DNA of 64,000 nucleotides from Batkoa obscura (Eukaryota): NCBI GenBank assembly GCA_030770535.1, contig JASVEC010000019.1, positions 1 to 64,000 of the forward strand, read 5' to 3'. Shown piece by piece: positions 39,520 to 51,950 of this stretch (position 1 is its first letter; each line of letters starts with the position of its first letter). The notes under the pieces were generated by a model. It saw only the letters and a program-made list of their open reading frames with translations, ran no database searches and was not told where the DNA came from. The position numbers and the translations under genes were made by a program.

Positions 39520-40850
39520 ATTTATAACATAAATAGTAGTTTTTTAACAGGACGTTTCAAATACATTTAATTATATGACTATAATATTCGAAAATTGAAT
39601 TTATGGATAAATCAAATCCTATCAATGTGTACTTTTTATGTTTACAGCTAAGAAGAAAAAAAGATATATAAAGAGAAGCTTTTCTGCCATATTAAAATTA
39701 AAAAATACTTTTGATTGCTTTTAGATAGTAACTCTTTTACTCTTTTTTATGGCTTGATACTATTTTCCTTTGGTTCTTTGGGCATTCTGGTGCTAAAATT
39801 ATTTCCTGTTTGCTTGGTTTCTAGCCTCTTGCTATAACTTTTTATGCTTGCTAAGTTACTCGGTCAATCCAACACATAATTCTTATACTTTGATTTTATT
39901 AGCATGTTTAACATAACATCTTTCACTTTTAATTTACTTAAACTGCTTCCTATATAGTCCCTTTACTCATACTTTATTTAATGCATTTAACGTATACTTA
40001 TTATATTTATAGCTCCTTTGGTGTTCCAATATAAAGTCTTGTTCTTTAAAATTTATCAGCATACCGATTGCCTAACTTCAAGACTATTGCTCTTTGGCAT
40101 ATGCATGATACCCAGTAAAAAAATATAGACTGGTATCCTATCCTTATCAAGTAGTCTAGAACTAATTTGGTCTTTTGTTTTGAGGTGAACTCGAATTTTT
40201 CCAGGAAAAAACCTGGTCAAATAGTATAAATCTTTTATATCAAAGTCAAGTATTGATACTGTATTTTATCAGGAAAAAAACATGGTAAAATCCTAAAATT
40301 CTAACCAGACAACGGAGTTAAATCTTGGCGAATCTAATTTATTCAGGGGGGAAACCTGGTTATAAACTAAAATTCTAGCCAGATATTGGAAGTTAAACCT
40401 TGATGTCCATATGTATAATAAAATTAATAGTCTTTAGCAATATTTTTAAATATATTTTTAGCTTTTGTCGGATAGATGAAAAATAAGTTGGCTAAACTCC
40501 CCACCTAAAAAATCTAAAATTAATAAACATAAAGTAAAAATAATTTAATAATATTTATATTTCTTACTTTGATTGTAGTATTTTAACTGAATGAACTGGC
40601 AATTTAATGTGAAGTAATAACTTTTGCATGATAATCATGATTAAACAATAGATACAAGATGTTGCTAGATTTTTAACAATTTACTTTGTATTTGTTAAAG
40701 TTTATTTGGTAATGTTTTTATTTAGAAGCAAAGTTTGCATCAATTCGACTAATAGAATATGACATTATTAACAGTTCAAATCAATTTTATTTTGAACTAT
40801 AAATCAGGAGTTATAGATTAAATTAAGTTTCTTTTTTACTTTATTTTAAA

Positions 40851-42149
40851 ATGAAATTAAAATTTGAGCAATTATCCGATATATTGCTAGAAGATATATT
40901 TAAACTATTACATCCAAGAGAATTATTCAATTTAAGCTTTTTAAGTAAATATCTACATTTGATTGTAAGTAGAACTATCAAATATAATTTAACTTATTCA
41001 GTCTATAATAAATTCGAATATAATAAATATTGGAGTTACCAAAAGAAGTTTATTAATGAGAATGGAATACTAATGAAGCACCTTAATATATGTGATGAGA
41101 CTATTGAATATTTGAACTCTTGTCCAAATATAATATCTATAAACTGTAGACATATATTTGATGATACTAAAGTCGAATTAAACGTTGAATTGACGAATTT
41201 AAAAAAGATAACAATAGATTCTCGTAGGTACTCAAGATCATTAAATCTTTTCTATAAATATTTAAAACACATTGAACTATTTGAAGTTATTGGATATGAT
41301 ATATCAATTGAAAATATTATTGAATATTTAAACTTGGGTAAATTAAAGTCATTCAAAGTATATTCATATAACAATTTAAATATTGATGGCTTGGATATAA
41401 TCAAAACTGGATGTAGTGAACTAAAGTTAGTAAGCATAAAAAGTAACGAATATATTAGCACTTCAAGCGACCTTAATTCGAAAATTGATTTTAATTCTAA
41501 CTTAAAACTAGAAATTGCTGGAAAGTTTACCCCAACTTTCAATATCAAGCATTTTGGTGATTTAAAACGATTAAATAGTGTAAAGTTTATTGACTTTTAT
41601 GGCTTGTATTTTGATATTAATAATGAATATGATAGTATAGAACTACTTGAAAATAGTAACGTTGTGGCGTTGGGCTATCTCAACCCGAATTATGTAATCA
41701 ATTGTGCTTTTTTGAAATTATCAAGTTTAAGGGAAGTTTACATTGCCAATTTATCAAAGGAATTATTGATTTCAATCTCTCAATTATCAACCATCCAAAC
41801 TGTTCATTTTGGCCATTTAAATTCCAACATTGAAAAGGTCTTTAGCAATTCTTATTTAAAAGGAAATGATGCTCATAAAGAATACAACTCTATTAAATGT
41901 AAGTTTGTTAAGCAAATTAAAGTTGAAACTCTTTACACCACGTTTGCAATGTTTCTTTATCTTTTATCCTTTTTCCCAAATCTTGGAATGTTTAAAGTTG
42001 AAACTTTTAATTTGACAAATGTACATGTTAGAATTGATTATGAGCCTACTACTCCCTTGTTATTTATTGCCCCTGTTGCTTTGTATATGGATAGAGCACT
42101 TTTTGATGAACTAGAGAATGACCCAATGTTGGATTGGATAAAATTATAA
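40851..42149 (+). CDS. F-box / LRR (RNI-like) protein
   Basis: N-terminal FEQLSDILLEDIFKLLHPRELFNLSFLSKYL (F-box-like), then LxxLxL-type repeats (CPNI, NLKKITI, FPNL). Confidence 0.75.
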   Translation: MKLKFEQLSDILLEDIFKLLHPRELFNLSFLSKYLHLIVSRTIKYNLTYSVYNKFEYNKYWSYQKKFINENGILMKHLNICDETIEYLNSCPNIISINCRHIFDDTKVELNVELTNLKKITIDSRRYSRSLNLFYKYLKHIELFEVIGYDISIENIIEYLNLGKLKSFKVYSYNNLNIDGLDIIKTGCSELKLVSIKSNEYISTSSDLNSKIDFNSNLKLEIAGKFTPTFNIKHFGDLKRLNSVKFIDFYGLYFDINNEYDSIELLENSNVVALGYLNPNYVINCAFLKLSSLREVYIANLSKELLISISQLSTIQTVHFGHLNSNIEKVFSNSYLKGNDAHKEYNSIKCKFVKQIKVETLYTTFAMFLYLLSFFPNLGMFKVETFNLTNVHVRIDYEPTTPLLFIAPVALYMDRALFDELENDPMLDWIKL

Positions 42150-43629
42150 TAAATTGAGCAGCAATAATAGCTGTTCTTTATCATTAGCTTAGTTCTATTA
42201 TCAAGGCTGTCATTTTATATTAACAAAAAGCTTTTTAATATTTGAAATTTAAAACTTAAAATTTAAAATGCTACGTAATCAAGAATCACTTAATTCTTGG
42301 AAGAGCAACAAAAGCTTCCAAATAGTCTGTTGTTCAAAATAAGAAAAAGGTAACCAAGGTCTAGATTACTATTTTTTCAATTCTGTTTGTTAGGCCATAG
42401 AGGCCAGTAGTGTCAACTTTATTTAAAAGATAATCCGGAAAAAATTTAAAAGGCTAATGAAATAAATGAACAGTAAAAGTGTATAATTTGCATAAGCCTG
42501 AGGATGAAAAACATTTAAAGTATTCGAGCTACCCTATTTCAAATCATCAAAAAACATCAGCTATAAATATTAGATTTGCTTAGAAAATGTAGGATTAAAG
42601 CTCTTGGTGGTGCGTTATGGGCAGTCAATGATAATTCTATATAAATCATGATATAGATTTTCAGCACAATAAAATGGGAGTAGCCAGGCTCGTCACAGAA
42701 GCTTTACTATTCTTATCCAATTTGAACATTATACAAAAATATTTAAATAAGGTTAAAGAGTATAGAAACCTTATCATAAACGGTCTTGATATTATTTAAA
42801 TATCTTTACTAGAATATTAAAAGATACAAAGTTTAATAAGCCTTAGTAAGAATCAATAATATACAATTAATTAATTAAAACTATGTAGTATTTTTTAGAT
42901 TATAATACTTAATAGAATTTAGATACAACTTCATTATTTTTTTACTTGCTTTGATTTTGACATAATAAAATTCAAACTCAAAAATCAAATGAACATTCAC
43001 CTGCCTAAAGCATAAGCTGCTAATATATCTATAACAAATATTCGGATCATCGATATACCAGTAGATCTAATAAATGGAAAAATTACATCTTCTGTTTTGA
43101 TGTTTTGTTCTTTTTGTAAGTTTAAAAATTGTAAAAATATTAGTTGAGCTTCAAATAAAAAATATCCGAACACACCTTATGTTTAAATTAGTCTTTATGC
43201 ATAAACTTAGGTGTTAAATTTGAAATAAGTGGAAAAGTGGTCTTTATAATATTCATCTTTAATTTGAAAAAACACCGATATGCCATATATCAAGAATACT
43301 TGAAACTTGGCTATTTAACTTTGAAAATCTGATAGTTGACTTATATTCAAGTGCCAGTATTATAAAAAGTGTGCTATCACAATTCAAGGCTTAGAATTTT
43401 CGAGATTACTTTTTGACCAAAATTTGGATTTATCCACTTCATTTAATCTTTCAACCAATAAAAAGAGTTACCTATTGCACAGATTAATCAAAAATCAAGA
43501 TTTAATACTATAAATTAAAACAAAGATATCCATGTTAAAGAAATTCAATTGGTTGAAAAATAATTATTACAACTATAAAATTCAAATAAACAACCATGAA
43601 ACATTTAATTATTAGATATATTAGAAGAT

Positions 43630-44875
43630 ATGCGTCAAGTGAAAATTTTTGGAGGTAGTTCTCATCCTGAGCTTTCTGAGTTAATATCTCAAAAGTTAGC
43701 CCATCCACTTGCACCATTAACCACTAAAAAGTTTTCAAACCAAGAATCAGTGGTTGAAATTGGTACTTCAGTACGTAACGAAGATGTATTTATAATTCAA
43801 TCTGGTTCTGGCAAAGTGAACGACAATTTAATGGAGTTATTGATTGCAGTATCGGCATGCAAGATAGCTTCTGCTTCTAGAGTAACCGCTGTTTTGCCAT
43901 ATTTCCCATACTCCAAACAATCAAAATCAAAAAACACTCGTTCTTGTATTGCTGCTCAATGTATTTTTTAAAGATCATTATTTAAGTTTAAATTTAAAAT
44001 TTTTATATAGTGGTAGCTGATATGATCTCTGTTGCTGGAGTAGACCATGTTATTACTATGGATTTACATGCTTCTCAAATGCAAGGTTTCTTTAATGTGC
44101 CAGTAGATAACTTGTATGCTGAGCCAGCTATTGCTAAATGGATTCGTGATTCAGTACCTAATTATAAGGATGGTGTAGTAGTATCAAAAAATGCTGGAGG
44201 GGCTAAAAGGTACAGACTATTTATAATATAAGTTCAAACTAATATCAAAATAATAGGGTCACTTCTTTAGCTGATTGTTTAGATATAGATTTTGCACTTA
44301 TTCATAATGATCCTAATCATAAGGCAAAAAACTCGAGAGAGTATTATACTCATTCTGAACCTTTACCTGAGCCTAAAAGCCCATGCGAATCTTTGGCTGT
44401 AGTAGGTGATGTTGCAGGAAAAATTGTATTTTTGTGTGTAAGATTTAATTTTAATTAATTTTCTATCATTTCTATAAATCAAATAATGATTAACAGAGTT
44501 CATTTCTTAATCCAATTTTTTAGGATGATATAATAGATAAATGCAACAATTTCATCCAAGCAAGTGACCAATTAATTAATAAGCACGGTGCTGCTAAGGT
44601 GTTCATAATAGCAACCCATGGGGTTTTGTCTGGTGATTCTTTGACCAAGTTAGAGGAATGTTCAACTATACATAAGGTAAAATAGAACTTATTTTAGTGA
44701 CTAAAATGTTAAAACGTGTTAGGTTGTTGTTACAAATACATACCCTATCCCAGTTGAGCGTCGTAAAGGGGTATCAAAATTAGAAATTATTGATATTTCA
44801 GGTACTTTAGCAGAAGCTATCCGCCGAACTCATAATGGAGAGTCTATCTCTTTCTTATTCAAAAACCCATTGTAA
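43630..44875 (+). CDS. PRS: Ribose-phosphate pyrophosphokinase
   Basis: [63 protein letters not shown]; 4 introns. Confidence 0.95.
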
Positions 44876-45501
44876 AAAAATTACTTTATGCCTTCTCAAC
44901 ATTGTTAAACATACGTTATAAACATGTGACTTTATGGACTATATATCCAGCAAAATATAGATATCATTATTTTTATTGATAGTTTATTTTATATCTATTA
45001 TATTGTTTTATGACATGAGATATTCAAATCGACTTGAAATTTATCTATACAATTGGTCGCTTAGTATAAAACTTTATTTTGTCTTGTTGGAATTGAAACT
45101 ATTTTCATTTAGTTATCAAAAAGCAGTTGATTTAAAATTCTTAAAAGCACATTGATTTGTACATATTAATATCAAGGTATATTAAAAGCTTAGAAACTCA
45201 TATAAAAATGTTTTTTTGTTAATAATTTATGTAATAATTTGTTTGCCTTTATGTTGCGTCAAAGTGGATAAAATGCCTAAGCAAAAAGAGACTATTGTAG
45301 GATTTATCCTTTATGAAACTTTCAAATTAGTCATTATAAATTACTTGAAGAAACTAATTCATTATAAAAGTATGCTTAAATAAGATAATGAACCTAAATA
45401 TACAGTATCTCGAGTCAAAAAGCAATAAAAAAACAACTTTATTAACTTGTAAAAATCTGGTTTAGTTTAATATGTGAATTTAGTTCCCCATTCTTTTTAT
45501 T

Positions 45502-46290
45502 TTATTCGATATTCTCTTGAGGCTCTTCTGCAACTGGGTTGATATCTTTTAATTGATTTAAAAGATTCTCTGTTACTGAGGTATGTTTATTTGGCATAAA
45601 ATATATCTTTGGCTCAGTATTTGTTGACAAGAAAAGGTGCTTAGTATTATTATAACCCTCTCTAATCGTTTCCTAATTTAAAGTCAAATTTTTACATAAT
45701 ATAAAAACTACTAATTACCAATATTTCAGTTTCCTTTTTTAATTTCATACGCAATATTTCTTCTTGTCTTTGAATCTTTATCTGTCTCTCTTCTTCCTTT
45801 TGCCTTGATAACTCTTCTTTTTCTTTTTGTAGTTTTTCATTCACTTTTTGTTCTATTTCTTCACGCTTTAGCTCCTAATAAATTATATTAAACATTGATA
45901 ATGACAGTAGTGATGCTTGTTTTACTCCATTGGATTTATTTCTAGCCTCAGATTGAAATTTGGTTAATGTTCCCATTAAGACACCAAACATTCTTTTCCC
46001 ACGTTGCCTATCTTTGTCATTTGTTTTGCTTTTGGCCTAGAAAGCTTTAGTTAATTGTTCGATTAAATACAATCATATTTTACATTGTCTGGTGTTGTTT
46101 CTTTTAAAGTTTCGCTATCATTTGATCTATCCACTTGTAAATCACCATTTTGGGCATTATCTTCATCGTGAATTTTGTTAATATTATCTTGTTGATTATT
46201 TACCTTATCTTCTAAATTTCTATCCCTATATGATACACTGGGGTTAGTTTTGCTATGATATTATTATTATTTTTACTTTGTTTCACTCAT
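45502..46290 (-). CDS. Pinin/SDK/memA family protein
   Basis: DRQRGKRMFGVLMGTLTKFQ...LKREEIEQKV...FLSTNTEPKIYFMP; several introns; 5' end ambiguous (see findings). Confidence 0.8.
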
Positions 46291-47728
46291 TTTGTTTAGA
46301 AGATAGTATTGAGTTTATTTTCAATTGCTTAACCTAAGGCATTTTTGACTTGCTCATTGATTGGTAACCAATTTCATAATAGCCAATTACTGCTTTTATA
46401 TTGGCATTTAATTAAGATCAATTGCAATATTAATTTTATGACTATTCCAACTCTTTTTTGAAGTAGCTAGCAGTAGTTTTTACATAACTTATTTGCCCAA
46501 TGCTCTTTAATACTAAACCCTCTTATTTGTCTAGATTTTGGCGTAGATTCTACTTTAAATAAGTAATTATTTATTTTCCAAAAGAGCTACAACAATTCTA
46601 AATATCATGGCTATTTTGATATTTTGATATTTTGTAAATTAGACTTGCCTCTGTTGTCAAAAAAATCGATTTTGTGTAATTAAAACTACCTTACCTTTAC
46701 TGAAAAGGCCTTCAATAGTATATATAACATGGATGCAAATGGTTTAACATTATAACTGTGCTGACGTTAAGACTAGGGATAATATCACAATAGCTCTCTA
46801 ATTTAACTTCTTATTTTTAATATAATATAAAACAATAATTATAACTTCAATACCATTACTCCAGCTAATTTGTTTTTCAGTTATATTTGTAGCAACGAAA
46901 AGTGTTTTAAACCCATGTCATTTTATTTAGAAAGAACTATTATGAATTTTTTGAAATATCAAATTTCTAAAACACTCCGTCATTTATGAGCTGAATATTT
47001 TACTCTTTGGAAGAGATAGTGCTTTATAGTGATCTAAAGACTAAACCTCATGTGAAGGCTAAGGCTAATCAAAAAAACATCTCCATATATTAATGGTTTT
47101 TACTGGCTTATGAAATTATATGGAAAATTTCAATATCTGTATTTACTATAGTATTAGTAACAGAATACCGTTAAATACATATAACAAATAACTAACAATA
47201 ATGTAAATAAAGTAATAAAAAAATTTTCTAGATATAGCGCTATTTTTAATACTATAGCTAATTTTATTGCCAAAAACTATTTTGTGTTAAATTTTGCCAA
47301 CACTAAACGTTGAAATATAGCTTTATTTAAGGCTATAGTAAGATAGAAGTATAGACTAAATCGAAGTTATAGCAAGCATTGGCTTTATTATTTTTGATGC
47401 AGCAGCTATAAGTGAATATTGAAAGATTAAATAAACTACTTTTAGAAGATTTAATTGTAATCTAATAAAAATATTATCTTAATGTTGAAGTGTCATTTTT
47501 TACTTTAAAATTATTATAGTGCCTTTACATCTTTCTATTTTAAACTTTATTTAAAATCAAGATTTAAATTAACATAGAACACTTCCACTGATAATTCAAA
47601 TATTTCAAAGACTACTGATTGTATTAAGCTTCATTTCAAATTTTAAATGGGGATGTCTGGATTGGTTTCAGAATTTAGTTAAAAATTAATATAAATCCAA
47701 AGTTTTCATATTTATGTCTTTAACATAT

Positions 47729-47816
47729 GAGCGTGTTTTTGATTTCATCACTTTTTTTAAGTGCTGTTTAAGCAAAATGATTGCTAGTAAAATTTTTAAA
47801 CAAAAAATCCATTTAC
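47729..47816 (-). mobile_element. Degenerate MITE copy
   Basis: ATAT flanks; diverged. Confidence 0.7.
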
Positions 47817-47900
47817 ATATAATATCTAATAATTTAAAAAATAAAACAATAGCTAAGCCAATATTCTTTAAGTATATACTAAATAATTTCAAAAATGCAG

Positions 47901-48362
47901 TGTGAAACCTGGTACTTAGTGAGTGGAGCCAAAAGCAGTTATCGCTTATTGGCTACACTATAAGTCGAAAGGCCTTAGTTCGTGTGACTAAGATAGACTT
48001 GAATTATGAAGAATAGCATGTGATAGGCTACGGGCTATGTAAGGGAAATAGGATAGGCAATATTAATGTAAAATCTACGTAAAACAATATTAGGTAAACT
48101 TAGTAGCCTTATTAAATGTTCGAGATATCAAGGAATAACTCAGTTAAAAGCCTTGAGCTACTATACTCTGAAATCTCTTTTATATTCTGAAAAGTATAGA
48201 TATCAAAACGAGAGGATAATATTCTTTGAGATGAAGATAGAAATTCACGTAGTAAATCAAACTGAGAGCATGGGATCGATTGTCTCTAAGCTCGAGAACA
48301 CAACAACCTAAGTGATTATTATGCTATACTCAATCATGGAGCTGACAAAGCGATATTTCGCA
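47901..48362 (-). mobile_element. Diverged third copy of the solo-LTR-like element
   Basis: TGTGAAAC...ATTTCGCA, colinear with 38602-39066; flanks gcag/ataa do not match. Confidence 0.8.
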
Positions 48363-48379
48363 ATAATAAGAAAACAAAT

Positions 48380-48475
48380 GGGAATGTTTTTTTATTTCAT
48401 TACTTTTTCATTTTTTAAGCGCTATTTAAGTGGAAAGGTTGTTAGTGAAATTCCCAAATAAAAAAGTACACCTCC
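48380..48475 (-). mobile_element. ~97-bp MITE copy
   Basis: AAAT TSD on both sides. Confidence 0.85.
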
Positions 48476-48556
48476 AAATATAATTTTTAAGAAATATAAA
48501 AAAATAAGAATATCAAAGAATATTCGCGTTCTATTAAATATAATAATAAATTATAT

Positions 48557-48654
48557 GGGGATGTGTTTTTGTGTTTAAGAATTTTACTAACAAATTTTCC
48601 ACTCAAATAGCGCTTAAAAGATATGAAAAGTAATGAAGCCAAAAAAACATCCCC
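48557..48654 (+). mobile_element. ~97-bp MITE copy
   Basis: Perfect GGGGATGT/ACATCCCC ends. Confidence 0.9.
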
Positions 48655-48905
48655 ATGTTATTATTTAACATCTCATAAGTTGAAAAATCTAATGTAGTTC
48701 TAATTAAAACTACAAAGTCTGCAGAAAATTAAAAAAATTAAAAAATGAACCTTAGTTTATTTTATAAAAATAACCAAAAGTTTAAGTTTTGATATTTGTT
48801 AAGCAAGCAAATAATTTATTAATAAAAATCAATTGTTAAATATTAATAAATAATCAAAATCAAGTAATTGTAATGATAAACAAAAGCTATTATTATATTA
48901 TATAT

Positions 48906-49003
48906 GGAGATGTTTTTTTGGCTTCATTACTTCTCATATCTTTTAAGCGCTATTTGAGTGGAAAATTTGTTAGTAAAATTCTTAAACACAAAAACACATC
49001 CCC
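48906..49003 (-). mobile_element. ~97-bp MITE copy
   Basis: ATAT TSD; 2 mismatches to the 48557 copy. Confidence 0.9.
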
Positions 49004-49808
49004 ATATATTATATAAAAATAGCTTACTATAGTTTTAAGGCTAACTATTCCTTTTTATCTAATTACATACTAATTTGGTGGTATATTAATAATATGGTTA
49101 TAATATTAAAGTCATTTATTTGATAAAAAATCTGCAATGTTATTTATGAAACATTCAGTAATAAGTATTTTTAATAAAACATTGTAGGAATATATATATT
49201 TTTATATAACTTTGATTGACATTAATACATAAGTTATATTAGTAAAGCCTTTGCTAACATAGTAGTTTCTAATAAATCTAGTAAAAGTTATTCTGATTTA
49301 TAACATGTATTATAGTAAAATAATTTAAAATTATCAAGTACCTTTGTTTTTCAATAAACAATTTTTTTGGAATAAAGTTGCCTGTTTTAGACATTCAAAG
49401 TCATAAAGCATTTTCAAGATTTAAAAAACAAAAAATGGGTTTAATCGATTTAGTATAAACTTGATTATATTAATACAATGCTAAATTTTTACAAAATATA
49501 AAAGTATGATAAGAAAATAACCGTATAATTATTCAAGAATAATTAGTTTGTACTCATTTAAAATAAAGTGTAGCTTTGCTTTATTAAATAATTCTATTTT
49601 TTTGAAGTTGTTCTATTAACTTTTACACCATTATTATTTGGTCAATGTATTTTTAAATTTGATTGTTTATGATAATTACTCCGTTATTAAGGGTATATCA
49701 AAACAACTACACCCTATAGTGAGTATCTAATGCTCTTTAACTAAGTTTACCTAATATAGGGTAATATAATATTTCTCCGTCTTGCTGGAATTAGATATAA
49801 GAACATAT

Positions 49809-49904
49809 GGGGCTGTTTTTTTGGCTTCATTACTTTTTCTCTTTTAAGCGCTATTTGAGCGGAAAATTTGTTAGTAAAAGTCTTAAACATAAAAATACAT
49901 CCCC
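49809..49904 (-). mobile_element. ~97-bp MITE copy
   Basis: ATAT TSD. Confidence 0.9.
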
Positions 49905-49935
49905 ATATTCTTATTTTTACTATGAATCAATAAAT

Positions 49936-50033
49936 GAGGATGTTCTTTTGTTTAAGAACTTCACTAGCAATTTTTCTACTTAAATAGCGTTCAAAAAATG
50001 GAAAAAGTGATGAAACCAAAAAAAAACACCTCC
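49936..50033 (+). mobile_element. ~97-bp MITE copy
   Basis: AAAT TSD. Confidence 0.85.
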
Positions 50034-50269
50034 AAATTGTAACAGGTCATATGATTTATCTACCAACATGACTTGAATCACACAGATTAACCTTTACCAT
50101 ACTATGGCTTAATACTATGAATAATTTTACTATAAATACCTCCCTTTTTCTTATTAAATAAAGTATCAAATAATACTTATAAACACATAGTATTAACTCC
50201 TACTATTATTATAGCCGACTTATATATATACTTTATTCTGTTCTTACTGTTAGTCAATTCAAATATAAA

Positions 50270-50752
50270 ATGAAGTCGTCTTTTTTTGCATTAAGCTTTT
50301 TAAGTTTAGTTATTTTTACTAACTCTATAGTATCGGACAGATGGAAAGCTATGTGCTCTTTTGAAACTAGGGTTCAATATATGGATGCCGTTTGTTCATG
50401 CAGTATCAGAAGTCCAGCAGGAGGTACAGCTGGATCCAAATGCTACATCACACGACAAATAGGTAATGTTCAATACGAATGTTCTGGCCCAAGAGATACC
50501 TCCTCTCAAGGTGGATATCAGATTGAAATGAAGAGTTGTGGTCAAGGTCAAATGGAAGTTCAAATGTATGGTCCTAACGGAGAAGAATGGAGTTCACATA
50601 CATTTGTAACTGATTGTGCCATAGAAAATAAGAGAAGAAGTTTTAAAAGGTACATAAAATCTTTGTTTAAGAGATACAAGGATAATGATGCTGCGATTGA
50701 ATTTAATAATAATAGTTGTAATGCAAATCATGAATTTGATGTGATGGCTTAA
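50270..50752 (+). CDS. Small secreted cysteine-rich protein (effector-like orphan)
   Basis: Signal peptide MKSSFFALSFLSLVIFTNS, 8 Cys, internal KR sites; TATAAA at ~50131. Confidence 0.8.
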   Translation: MKSSFFALSFLSLVIFTNSIVSDRWKAMCSFETRVQYMDAVCSCSIRSPAGGTAGSKCYITRQIGNVQYECSGPRDTSSQGGYQIEMKSCGQGQMEVQMYGPNGEEWSSHTFVTDCAIENKRRSFKRYIKSLFKRYKDNDAAIEFNNNSCNANHEFDVMA

Positions 50753-51006
50753 TAAATCTATTGACATTTTAAGTTCTAGGATTTCTTAGTTTGGAATTTG
50801 TGCATATTTTAAAATTATGAAGTTTTTTGTTTTAATATAATCTAGTTAATGATAGTGACTGTCTTATTGGTATTGAATTGAAATTATACTATATCCCAAT
50901 ATCAAGTATAACAAAAAGTAGGTTTATTAAAAGAAACACATCCCATAAATATTTGTATCAAATTTCATAATTGATGTAAATAAAACAAGTTATTTCAAAA
51001 AGTTAT

Positions 51007-51090
51007 GAAGTTGTATTTTTCTGGTTTTATTTTGCTCATTCAACTATTTAGTAGAAAAATTATTAGTAAAATTCTTCAACGAAAAAAAGC
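51007..51090 (-). mobile_element. Degenerate, truncated MITE copy
   Basis: Partial match abutting the next copy. Confidence 0.55.
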
Positions 51091-51094
51091 ATAT

Positions 51095-51190
51095 GGGAAT
51101 GTATTTTTATGTTTAAGAATTTTACTAGTAATTTTTCCACTTTAAATAGTGTTTAAAAAATAGAAAAAGTGAAGCCAAGAAAACATCCTC
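51095..51190 (+). mobile_element. ~97-bp MITE copy
   Basis: Consensus match. Confidence 0.85.
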
Positions 51191-51369
51191 ATGTACAAAT
51201 TATATTTATAAATGATATTGTAGTTAACATGATTTGACTTATACTGATAGATAGTAGAAAATTTTGCGTTAACCTATTCTAAATACCCTTTAATTTTCTT
51301 CTAAAGGGATACTAACAAACTATTATAAGTTATATACGTTTTACTTAGCTATTTAGATTATGAATATAT

Positions 51370-51469
51370 GGGGATGATTTTTTTAGTTTCATTGCTTTTT
51401 CCATTTTTTTAAAGCCCTATTTGAGCGGAAAAATTCTTCGTAAATTCTTAAACATAAAAATACATCCTC
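51370..51469 (-). mobile_element. ~97-bp MITE copy
   Basis: ATAT TSD. Confidence 0.85.
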
Positions 51470-51630
51470 ATATCTTTTATAAATTATCATTGTACCATTT
51501 TAATTACTATATAAAAATTTATATTATCAAAACAACAACCGTGCAAACATATTAATGAACTACTACAGTGAAGAGTATAAATAGTAAAGTAAAATTATAT
51601 CGATAGAATTTTGAAAAAAAGGATATATAT

Positions 51631-51727
51631 GAGGATTTTTTTTTACTTCATTACTTTTTCCATCTTTTAAACGCTATTTGAGTGGAAAAATTGTTAGTAA
51701 AATTCTTAAATACAAAAATACATTTCC
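51631..51727 (-). mobile_element. ~97-bp MITE copy
   Basis: ATAT TSD. Confidence 0.85.
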
Positions 51728-51852
51728 ATATTAATAATATAGTATGTTTCTTATCCAGGAGTATAGGAAGCTATTTATGCTTTACAACCGTTTATAAGTT
51801 TGTAGAAAGATTTTTAAAGACAATTGGGATAGAAAGTAGAGTATCATCATAT

Positions 51853-51950
51853 GGGGCTGTTTTTTTAACTTCATTATTTCTTCCATGTTTTAAGCGCTAT
51901 TTATGTGGAAAAATTATCAGTAAAATTCTTAAATACAAAAATACATCCCC
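51853..51950 (-). mobile_element. ~97-bp MITE copy
   Basis: ATAT TSD. Confidence 0.9.

Noticed and set aside
49712..49724. CCCTATAGTGAGT match to the T7 promoter (also GACTCACTATA at ~27943)
   Set aside because: Only 11-13 bp with no vector context; chance match.
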